From: Dehalococcoidia bacterium | Lineage (GTDB): Bacteria > Chloroflexota > Dehalococcoidia > UBA6926 | Direction: 5' to 3' | DNA: 64,000 bases | NCBI GenBank assembly: GCA_965219405.1 | Contig: OZ244736.1 | Coordinates: 211,129 to 275,128 of the forward strand | Shown: in pieces, positions 35,047 to 42,961 of the stretch | Position numbering within the stretch: position 1 is the first letter of the stretch | How the letters are laid out: the number at the start of each line of letters is the position of its first letter | Program-made: the position numbers and the translations under genes | The notes under the pieces: generated by a model | Told to the model about the DNA's origin: nothing | The model's database searches: none | Seen by the model: the letters and a program-made list of their open reading frames with translations, nothing else

Positions 35047-36480
35047 CTAGTAGGCGTAGATTGCGAGACGGCCCTTTGTGAGGACATCACCGACGTGATT
35101 CTTGATGGTCTGCAGCATCGAGAAGTCGTCCTCGCCGACGAATGTGACGGCCTTGCCGACGTTGCCGATTCGGCCGGTGCGGCCAATGCGATGGATGTAT
35201 TCCTCAAGGTTGCCGGGCATATCGTAGTTGATGACGTGCGAGATTTCCGGGATGTCCAGTCCGCGCGACGCGACGTTGGTAGCGACGAGCACCTTGAGTT
35301 CTCCGGAACGGAACGCGCGCATCACCGCCTCACGTTGGTTCTGCCGCATTCCCCCGTGGATTGGCTCCACGCGAATCCTCGCGCGCTGCAGACGCCGTGC
35401 CAGGCGGTCCACGCCCACCTGCGTTCGGCAGAAGATCAGCGACTTTTCTTCCTTCAGTTCTGTTTGGAGAACCTCCTGCAAGCCGGCCAGCTTGTCCTCA
35501 ACAGCTACTTCATAGTAGACCTGCTCAATTGTGTCGGCGGCTCCGGATTCTTCGCCGATACCGATGTGGATCGGGTCTCGCAGGAATCGCTCGATCATGC
35601 GCTTGATGAAAGACGGCATGGTTGCGGAGAACAGGGCTGTCTGGCGCGCACGCGGCGTGGCGCGGAGGATACGAATCATGTCCTCGGCGAAGCCGATGTC
35701 CAGCATCTGGTCTGCCTCATCGAGGATGGCAATACGCACGTCGTTCAGCTTGAGGGTGCCGCGCTGCATGTGATCCTGCACGCGCCCGGGCGTGCCCACG
35801 ATGATCTGCGGGGTTTCCTGCAAGGCTTTGAATTGCACATCGATCTTCTGCCCGCCATAGAGCGTCACGACCTTCAAGCCGCGGTGCTTGGCGAGGCGGT
35901 GCAGCTCACCGGTGACCTGCACGGCGAGTTCCCGCGTCGGAGCGAGAACGATGCCCTGCACCTCGCGGCGCGTTGGGTCAAGCAGCTCAACCATCGGAAT
36001 GCCGAAAGCGGTTGTCTTACCGGTCCCCGTCTGGGCACGGCCGACGACGTCACGCCCTTCAAGCATGACGGGTATCGCCTCCGTCTGGATGGGGGTGGGA
36101 TTCTCGTATCCCATGTCGTCCAGCGCTTGTCGAATCGGCTCGGACACGGCGATGGTTCCGAAGGTCTTGTCTCGTTCGAATGGACCGGCCTGCAATTCAG
36201 TTCGCGGGGCGGCATTTCGTCTGCGGGCGCCGGGTTCCCCAACGCCGTTCGCGGACGGGTTCACGGCTCGGCCGTTTTCAGGCGCCGGCCTGTCCTTGCG
36301 GCGTCGTCGTGGCCGCCTGCGCGCCGGGGCGCCGTCAGGGCGATCCAACGTGGGGGTTGCAGTTCGTACGGGAGGACTCGTAGGAGAGTCTGTTGGGGAC
36401 GGTGAAATGGGGGGAAGGGTTACTGTGGATGCCGTCGGGGACGGCGGGGCCGCTACGCGGCCAAGGATTTTTCGAAGCAC
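35047..36480 (-). CDS. DEAD-box ATP-dependent RNA helicase with ~115-aa Pro/Arg-rich N-terminal extension
   Basis: Q-motif 'PTPIQ', 'AQTGTGKT', 'DEAD', 'SAT' and 'HRIGRTGR' are all present. The start is uncertain within the low-complexity N-terminus. Confidence 0.9.
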   Translation of the reverse strand: MLRKILGRVAAPPSPTASTVTLPPISPSPTDSPTSPPVRTATPTLDRPDGAPARRRPRRRRKDRPAPENGRAVNPSANGVGEPGARRRNAAPRTELQAGPFERDKTFGTIAVSEPIRQALDDMGYENPTPIQTEAIPVMLEGRDVVGRAQTGTGKTTAFGIPMVELLDPTRREVQGIVLAPTRELAVQVTGELHRLAKHRGLKVVTLYGGQKIDVQFKALQETPQIIVGTPGRVQDHMQRGTLKLNDVRIAILDEADQMLDIGFAEDMIRILRATPRARQTALFSATMPSFIKRMIERFLRDPIHIGIGEESGAADTIEQVYYEVAVEDKLAGLQEVLQTELKEEKSLIFCRTQVGVDRLARRLQRARIRVEPIHGGMRQNQREAVMRAFRSGELKVLVATNVASRGLDIPEISHVINYDMPGNLEEYIHRIGRTGRIGNVGKAVTFVGEDDFSMLQTIKNHVGDVLTKGRLAIYAY

Positions 36481-36597
36481 AAATTCCTCTTACAAGAGTT
36501 GGCCAGATATCGCCGGTGGCGATTCTCGCTCAACTTGGTGCGATGTCGATTGATGGGCCCCGCGGTGGGGCTGATGGTGCTCTGTCCGGCGGGACGC

Positions 36598-36960
36598 CTA
36601 GTAACGGTTGTTGGCACTATGGTTCCTGAAGCAGTCAGAGCAATAGACCGGCCGATCGCCGCGCGGCTGAAACGGTACCTCTGCCTCTTTGCCACAGTCT
36701 GCGCAGGTCACGGAGTACATGCGTCGCTCGCGTCGTTCAAAGTTGCCAGCGGGGGCCTGCCCCGCGGATGCTCCGCCCGAGGTGTAGGTGCCGCCAACGT
36801 AACCGCCTTCGCGGTCGCGCTTGCGGTTTGCTCGGCAGTCCGGGCATCGAGTGGGTTCACGTGTGAACCCTTTGCTTGCGTAGAATTCCTGCTCACCCGC
36901 CGTGAATACAAAATCATTGGAGCAATCACGACACGCGAGTGTCTTGTCGGCCATTGTCAT
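36598..36960 (-). CDS. double zinc-ribbon protein (two CxxC...CxxC units)
   Basis: ORF trimmed to 'MTMADKTLACRDC...RCPDCRANRKR...CADCGKEAEVPFQPRGDRPVYCSDCF'. It lies immediately upstream of the DEAD-box helicase on the same strand. Confidence 0.7.
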   Translation of the reverse strand: MTMADKTLACRDCSNDFVFTAGEQEFYASKGFTREPTRCPDCRANRKRDREGGYVGGTYTSGGASAGQAPAGNFERRERRMYSVTCADCGKEAEVPFQPRGDRPVYCSDCFRNHSANNRY

Positions 36961-37194
36961 ACTAGGTCTCTCCCTTGTCTTCCTGATTCTTCCTGCGATC
37001 CCGCCTTCCATACGCAAACAGGCCGGGATCCGCTGCCTGCACACGCATCGGCCATAGTGATACTCACGGTTGCAGCGCCTACAGGTACTGGAGTGAATGA
37101 AGGCCGACTAGATGATTAATGTGAGCTAGAGTGCGGTAAAAGATTCCCCTGGTTCTTGGTTGCGGCTCTATTGTATCAGATTTCGCCCCGTGCG

Positions 37195-37227
37195 GGCGGC
37201 GGCCCAATATGGGCTCCGCCGTTTCTT
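37195..37227 (+). terminator. terminator-like hairpin in the long intergenic region upstream of the ACAD gene at 37358
   Basis: GGCGG(C)GGCCCA-ATA-TGGGCTCCGCC followed by GTTTCTTGCCCCTTT on the plus strand. No upstream plus-strand gene exists for it to terminate. Confidence 0.3.
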
Positions 37228-37357
37228 GCCCCTTTGCCGCGCTTTTACTACAGTGAGCGCAGGATACAGGAAAAACAAGTACCGAAACGGCGCCGGATCT
37301 GACGGCGGACGGTTCACTGGGGCCCGCTCACCAGAAGAGCGCATGGAGGGAAAGGCG

Positions 37358-38575
37358 ATGGACTTTCGATTTTCACCTGAGAATGAACAGCTCCGGCAAG
37401 AGGCAATAGAGTTTACACGCCGCGAGTGGGACGCCAAGGGCCTGGGCGACGGACAGGGCATCTACTACGCCCTGTCCTGGGACCATGAGGACCATGAGGT
37501 TGAGTCGTTGATCAGCGGCTTCGAGAAGAAGCTGGTTGATAAGGGCTGGTGGACGATGCACTGGCCGACGGAATACGGCGGCAAGGGCGCTGACATTGAG
37601 ACGCAGATGGCGTACCGCGAGGCCATGGTCTACGCGGGCGCGCCGGCGACGCTTGGCGGGGGATTGGTCGCGCCGGTGCTCATGGTGCATGGCACGGACG
37701 AACAGAAGGAGTACTTCCTGCCGCGCATCGCGAACGCGGACATCTCGTACATCTCGCAGGGATTCTCAGAGCCGGACTCCGGTTCGGACCTGGCAAGCCT
37801 GCAGACACGGGCCGTGCGTGACGGCGATGACTATGTCATCAACGGCCAAAAGATCTGGAGCACGTATCGCGCGAAGTTTATCCACATCCTGGTGCGGACG
37901 GACCCGGAGCAGCCCAAGCACCGCGGCATCACGTACCTCCTCGCGCGATTGAAGGATGAGGACGGCAATTACCTACCGGGCATCAAGGTCAACGCGATTC
38001 CCGACGCGCTGGGGCGCCATCGCTGGGATGAGGTGTTCTTCGAGGACTGGCGGGTGCCGTCCAATAACATCATCGGGGAGGAGAATCGCGGCTGGTACGC
38101 GGCGATGACCACGCTGAGCTTTGAACGCTCCAACATCGAAGGCCCCGCGATGCTCATTCGCATCATGGAGGACTTCCTCGACTACGCAAAGAACGTGCGG
38201 CAGCACGGCGACAGCCCGCTGGACAATCCGGTGGTGCGGCACCAGATCGCCAATCTGCGGCTGGAGATCGAGGCGATGCGGATGCTGTCGTACCGAGTCG
38301 GGTGGATGCAGAGCCAGGGCGAGATTCCGGTGCGTGAGGCGTCCATGACGAAGTTCTGGGGCGACGAGATCACGCAGAAGGTCTATCGCTACTTCTCTCA
38401 CGTACTTGGCGAGTACGGGCAGGTGCTTCCGACGACGGAGCTGCCGCTCAAGCTGCCGGTGGACGGTTTCCTGAACTCCAACGCAACCAGCACAATCGGC
38501 ATCAGCATCGCCGGCGGCACAACCGAGGTCCAAAAGAACATCATCGCCCAGCGCGGTTTGGGGCTGCCGCGGTAA
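37358..38575 (+). CDS. acyl-CoA dehydrogenase family protein (group A)
   Basis: ORF 37160..38575 trimmed to 'MDFRFSPENEQ' (ATG 37358, SD GGAGGG). Motifs 'FSEPDSGSD', 'TTLSFERSNIE' and 'AGGTTEVQKNIIAQRGLGLPR'. Confidence 0.9.
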   Translation: MDFRFSPENEQLRQEAIEFTRREWDAKGLGDGQGIYYALSWDHEDHEVESLISGFEKKLVDKGWWTMHWPTEYGGKGADIETQMAYREAMVYAGAPATLGGGLVAPVLMVHGTDEQKEYFLPRIANADISYISQGFSEPDSGSDLASLQTRAVRDGDDYVINGQKIWSTYRAKFIHILVRTDPEQPKHRGITYLLARLKDEDGNYLPGIKVNAIPDALGRHRWDEVFFEDWRVPSNNIIGEENRGWYAAMTTLSFERSNIEGPAMLIRIMEDFLDYAKNVRQHGDSPLDNPVVRHQIANLRLEIEAMRMLSYRVGWMQSQGEIPVREASMTKFWGDEITQKVYRYFSHVLGEYGQVLPTTELPLKLPVDGFLNSNATSTIGISIAGGTTEVQKNIIAQRGLGLPR

Positions 38576-38597
38576 GAGGAACTTGATAATCAAATGC

Positions 38598-38635
38598 CGC
38601 GGGCGGGTCGAATGACCCGCCCGCGTTGGTTTTGG
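38598..38635. terminator. bidirectional intrinsic terminator between convergent ACAD and methyltransferase genes
   Basis: Perfect 12-bp stem CGCGGGCGGGTC-GAAT-GACCCGCCCGCG (38598-38625) followed by TTGGTTTTGG. Confidence 0.65.
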
Positions 38636-38647
38636 CGTGCGCGGAAT

Positions 38648-39505
38648 TCAAACTTCGCGTGCTAGCCGCTCCCGCGCTGTCTCCACCGCTGACGCGTTGC
38701 TGTCTATTCCTATCCAGTGTCGGCCCAATCGTTGGGCAGCAACAAGCGTGGTCCCGGAACCGCAGAACGGATCCAGCACCAGATCGCCGGGGTTGGAACT
38801 TGCTTCGATGATGCGCTCGTAGAGGGCGAGGGGTTTCTGCGTTGGGTATCCGGTCCGCTCCTTCGCCATGTTGTTCAACGAGGGAATGTCCCACACGTCC
38901 GTCTCACCCTTCATCCGGCCCTTGAGCCTCTGTGATTTGGCAGGGGTCTGCGGTTTGTTGAACGTGTAGTGATCTGATTTGCTGTAGAAGAGAATCACGT
39001 CATGCTTGCGGGAAAACGTCTGGCGCGATGAGCCGCCCAGGCCGTAGGCCCAGACAATCTCGTTCCTGAAATTGCCGATGCCAAACACGGTGTCCATGAG
39101 CTGTTTCAAATAATGGCTCGATGTCGGATCGCAGTGTACGTAGATACTGCCGTCATTCCTGAGAACACGGCGCATCTCCGCCAGGCGAACGGCCAAAAAG
39201 CAGAGGTAGGCAGCCATGTCATCGCCGTAGGACTGTCGGGTGGACTCGATGACAGCCAGGGCGGATGGGCATTTGTTGGATAGGACCGCGCGCCACTCCG
39301 GATCAACGTCCCGTTCCCAGGACCAGCGGTCGGTGAACGTGGCATCGCCCGCGGCCCTGTTGGAGTCTGCGCGAACCTCTCGCCCTTTATTGAACGGCGG
39401 ATCAGTGGCAATCAGGTTGACGGATTCGTCCGGAAGCTCGCGCAGGATGGGCAGGTTGTCTCCGTGGTGGAGGCTTCCGGAGTCGGAGCCCTGCGACGGC
39501 GACAT
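38648..39505 (-). CDS. beta-class DNA methyltransferase (N6-adenine or N4-cytosine)
   Basis: ORF 38648..39598 trimmed to M32 (ATG 39505) to avoid overlap with the upstream gene. Motif IV 'IATDPPFN' is N-terminal and motif I 'DPFCGSGTT' is C-terminal, which is the beta permutation. No restriction endonuclease gene is adjacent. Confidence 0.85.
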   Translation of the reverse strand: MSPSQGSDSGSLHHGDNLPILRELPDESVNLIATDPPFNKGREVRADSNRAAGDATFTDRWSWERDVDPEWRAVLSNKCPSALAVIESTRQSYGDDMAAYLCFLAVRLAEMRRVLRNDGSIYVHCDPTSSHYLKQLMDTVFGIGNFRNEIVWAYGLGGSSRQTFSRKHDVILFYSKSDHYTFNKPQTPAKSQRLKGRMKGETDVWDIPSLNNMAKERTGYPTQKPLALYERIIEASSNPGDLVLDPFCGSGTTLVAAQRLGRHWIGIDSNASAVETARERLAREV

Positions 39506-39525
39506 GAATAGAAACCGCTGCGAAC

Positions 39526-40923
39526 CTAAAACGCCGGGCCCTCCGACAACGGGAACGGCATCGCGAAGTCCGGATATTTGTCCTGCAGTTGTTTCCATGC
39601 GCGGTGCGCGAGCTCTTCTCCGCGTTGCAGGATGTCGTCCTCGTCAACGTGCAGCAGCTTGCGGTCGCGCATGACCCAGTTGCCCGCGACCATAACGGCC
39701 TCAACGTCTGAGGCCTGCCCGTTGTTCACAAAATCAGAGATGACGCGGAGCACCGGCACCATGTGAGCACGGCGCAGGTCCGTGATGAACAGGTCCGCCT
39801 GCTTGCCCACTTCGAGCGAGCCGAGCGTGTCATCCATACCCATGATGCGCGCGCCGCCGATTGTCGCCCAGTCCATCAATTTTTCGGGCGACGGGCTGAA
39901 CGGATCGTCGCGCCGCACACGTTCCACGAAGTAGCCGGTACGCACGGCCTCAACCATATCCTCGGCCATGTTGTCCGTGCCGATTCCAATCACGCAACCT
40001 GCCTCTTCAAGGTCGAGGGCGGGAGCCGCGGCGCCGCGGCGGGCGGCAATAGCGGGGTTGTTGGACACGCCGGTGCCGTGGCGCCCAAGCGCACGTATCT
40101 CGGATTCGATGATCTCGCGGCAATGCGCCACAACGAGGCGAGGGCCAAGAAACTCGTTCTGCTCCAGGTAGTGCGCGGGCAGGACACCCCACGCGGCCAT
40201 CACTCCCGCCACCTCCTGCTTGCTCTGTGACAAGTGGATGGTGTAGCCGACGCCACGCTCCTCGGCCAGCTCGCGGGATCGGCGCAGCATAGCCGGAGAA
40301 ACGGAATCGGCTGTCGATGGCGAAAAGTAGACCGTTAGCCGTCCGTCCGCCTTGCCATGCCAGGCATCGTAGACATCAACGGCGCGTTGGTAGGCAGCAT
40401 CCGCAAGTTCTTCGGAGAAATCCGACGACGATTTCAGAAGCGTACCGGCACTGATGACGTTGTAGTTCACGTCGGTCATGGGCTCGGTCAGAACGAATCG
40501 GGCGCCGGTGTCGGCCAACTGCTGCGCATAGTTCGATATGCCTAGTCCCTGCTCGAAGAACGTGGTTGTTCCGCTGCGGATGCCCTCAATTGCGCCAAGC
40601 AGGGCAAACACCTGCATCTCCTCCGCAGAGATCATGGCCGCGACCTGCTCCGGAGCGCCTAGAGGGGAGGGGAATCCGAGGTCCTCAAGGATGCCGCGGC
40701 TCAGCGTTGCTGTCAGGTGCGTATGGCAGTTGAAGAAGCCGGGAAAGACGGCCTTGCCACGCGCAGAGACAGTCTCCGCGTTGGGGTGGGCGCTGACCAC
40801 CTCATCCGTCGAGCCGATGGCGACGATGTTGCCGTCGTCGCCGATTGCGATCGCACCGTCGTAGATGATGCGCCCTTCGGGATCACTCGTAACGATGATG
40901 GTGTCTCGGATTACGGTGGCCAT
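39526..40923 (-). CDS. metal-dependent amidohydrolase, nucleobase/MTA-SAH deaminase-like
   Basis: 465 aa. N-terminal 'GFFNCHTHL' H-x-H metal motif and the overall layout of the chlorohydrolase/deaminase subgroup. Confidence 0.8.
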   Translation of the reverse strand: MATVIRDTIIVTSDPEGRIIYDGAIAIGDDGNIVAIGSTDEVVSAHPNAETVSARGKAVFPGFFNCHTHLTATLSRGILEDLGFPSPLGAPEQVAAMISAEEMQVFALLGAIEGIRSGTTTFFEQGLGISNYAQQLADTGARFVLTEPMTDVNYNVISAGTLLKSSSDFSEELADAAYQRAVDVYDAWHGKADGRLTVYFSPSTADSVSPAMLRRSRELAEERGVGYTIHLSQSKQEVAGVMAAWGVLPAHYLEQNEFLGPRLVVAHCREIIESEIRALGRHGTGVSNNPAIAARRGAAAPALDLEEAGCVIGIGTDNMAEDMVEAVRTGYFVERVRRDDPFSPSPEKLMDWATIGGARIMGMDDTLGSLEVGKQADLFITDLRRAHMVPVLRVISDFVNNGQASDVEAVMVAGNWVMRDRKLLHVDEDDILQRGEELAHRAWKQLQDKYPDFAMPFPLSEGPAF

Positions 40924-40946
40924 AGTTGTCTTTCCCCCTCACCTTG

Positions 40947-40973
40947 CCCCTCTCCCGGGAGAGGGGATTTTTT
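40947..40973 (+). repeat. palindromic hairpin CCCCTCTC-CCGG-GAGAGGGG followed by T6 (plus-strand terminator shape between two minus-strand genes)
   Basis: Read directly. 8-bp stem at 40947-40966, then ATTTTTTG. Both flanking genes (tkt and the amidohydrolase) are on the minus strand. Confidence 0.4.
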
Positions 40974-41006
40974 GTATGCCCCCAAATAGGAGGGCGACCA
41001 GCGGCG

Positions 41007-42845
41007 CTAGTTCTGTGCGAGTAGACGCGCGGCGGCCTCAATATGTGCGGCGTCGATGCCCGCCTGTGACAGAAGGTCCGCAGGCTTGCCGGAGCCGGGC
41101 ATCCCTTGAACAGCGATCTTGATCACACGCGGCGGGTTTCGCAGCCCGCCCAGAGCACCCAGCACCGCATCGCCGATTCCGCCCTCCGCCCAATGGTCTT
41201 CGACCGTCAGAATCGTTCCCGTGTCGCTCGCGGCGGCCTCAAGCATTGCCGTGTCTATAGGCTTCACGGAATACAAATCAATCAGCCTGATGTTGATGCC
41301 GTCCGCAGCCATCGCGTCGACGGCCTTGAGTGATTCATGCACCGTGATGCCGGCCGCGACGATGGTGAGGACATCGTTGTCGGATGACCTCAACACACGT
41401 GAACCGCCCACGCGGAACACCTCGTCAGGCTCATAGAGCACGGGGGTCGCTTCACGCGTCGTGCGGATATAGGAGATGCCGTCAAGATCAGCCATTGCGG
41501 CGACAAGCTGTGCAGCCTGGTTGCCGTCGGATGGATAAAGCACGGTGCTGCCGTGGATTGCCCGCATCATTGCGATGTCCTCGAGCGCCATCTGCGAGGG
41601 GCCGTCCTCTCCGATGGAGACGCCGGCGTGTGAGCCGGAGAGGCGGATGCTAGCGCGGCTGACTGCGGCCATGCGGATGAAATCGTAGGCGCGGGTCAGG
41701 AAGGCGGCGAAAGTGGAGACGTACGGCGTCCATCCGCGCACCTGCATCCCGACCGCCGTGGCGACCGCCTGTTGCTCAGCGATGTAGCACTCAAAGAAGC
41801 GGTCCGGGTGTTCCTTGCCAAAGATATCCGCGTGCGTGGAATTGCTGACCTCGCCGTCGAGGGCGACAACGTCGCCGCGACGACCGCCAACGGCAGCCAG
41901 GGCATCGCCATAAGCGCGCCGGGTGGCCATTCGCGAACCAACTTCATACTTCGGCAGGCCGCCACTCGGAGTGACCTTGAAGACGTTTGCTTCAACGGAG
42001 TTGGCGGGCGTCTGTACCGTCACCGTCGCGCCGGTGCTCCCACCGAGTTCCGTGATGGCGGAGTCTGCGTCGCCGAGAGGCCGGCCGTGGAAACCCTCTT
42101 TGTCCTCAACCGCTGACACGCCGCGCCCCTTCATCGTCTTGGCGATGATGGCGGTTGGGCGGCCCTCTGTGGCGACCGCCTCCTGGAAAGCGCCGTTGAT
42201 AGCGTCAACGCTGTGGCCATCAATCTCGACGGTGTGCCAGCCGAATGCCTGCAGGCGGGCTGCGTATGCGCCCGTGTCCCAGCCGTACATGGTCTCGCCG
42301 CGCTGGCCGAGCCGGTTCACGTCGATGATGGCGGTCAGGTTGTCCAGGTTCCAGTAGGCGGCGTGCTCCGCCGCCTCCCACATGGAGCCCTCCGCCATCT
42401 CACTGTCGCCGCAGAAGACCCAAACGCGGTACGGCAGCTTGTCCAGCCGTTTGCCTGCCAACGCGATGCCGACGGCGATGGGCAGACCCTGCCCGAGGGA
42501 GCCGGTTGCCACGTCGACGGTCGGCAGGTTGGGGACGGGATGGCCCTCAAGCCGACTGCCGATGGAGCGATAGGTAAGAAACTCGTCCTCATCGATGGCG
42601 CCGGCCGCTTTCAACATGCTGTAGATGAGGGGGGACGCGTGCCCCTTGGAGAAAACGAGGTGGTCATTGTTGGGGGCATCCCGGCGTTCAAGATCATAGC
42701 GGAGATAGTCGCTGAGAAGGACTGAGGCGAGGTCTGCCGCAGACATGCTGGACGTCGGATGGCCGGAACTCGCCTGCGCCGCCACGCGCACAGAATCCAC
42801 TCTGAGCTGTTGCGCGAGACTCTCCCATGTTGCGACATCACCCAT
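41007..42845 (-). CDS. tkt: transketolase
   Basis: 612 aa with the ThDP motif region 'SGHPTSSMSAADL' and 'GDSEMAEGSMWEA'. This is the short (~610-620 aa) transketolase form. Confidence 0.95.
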   Translation of the reverse strand: MGDVATWESLAQQLRVDSVRVAAQASSGHPTSSMSAADLASVLLSDYLRYDLERRDAPNNDHLVFSKGHASPLIYSMLKAAGAIDEDEFLTYRSIGSRLEGHPVPNLPTVDVATGSLGQGLPIAVGIALAGKRLDKLPYRVWVFCGDSEMAEGSMWEAAEHAAYWNLDNLTAIIDVNRLGQRGETMYGWDTGAYAARLQAFGWHTVEIDGHSVDAINGAFQEAVATEGRPTAIIAKTMKGRGVSAVEDKEGFHGRPLGDADSAITELGGSTGATVTVQTPANSVEANVFKVTPSGGLPKYEVGSRMATRRAYGDALAAVGGRRGDVVALDGEVSNSTHADIFGKEHPDRFFECYIAEQQAVATAVGMQVRGWTPYVSTFAAFLTRAYDFIRMAAVSRASIRLSGSHAGVSIGEDGPSQMALEDIAMMRAIHGSTVLYPSDGNQAAQLVAAMADLDGISYIRTTREATPVLYEPDEVFRVGGSRVLRSSDNDVLTIVAAGITVHESLKAVDAMAADGINIRLIDLYSVKPIDTAMLEAAASDTGTILTVEDHWAEGGIGDAVLGALGGLRNPPRVIKIAVQGMPGSGKPADLLSQAGIDAAHIEAAARLLAQN

Positions 42846-42918
42846 CGGAATGCCCTCCTATTTGCAGTGTTTTCCCCTGCCGTCATCATCAACTTTTTTT
42901 GAAACGGTGTCTATCGAA

Positions 42919-42948
42919 TTGACCCCCAACCGACGCGCCATTGATAAT
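42919..42948 (+). promoter_or_regulatory. sigma70-type promoter giving a near-leaderless transcript for the tandem LbH gene
   Basis: TTGACC (42919-42924), an 18-nt spacer, then GATAAT (42943-42948). ATG 42962 is only ~7 nt from the expected start site and has no SD. Confidence 0.3.
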
Positions 42949-42961
42949 GCGGCCAACTACC

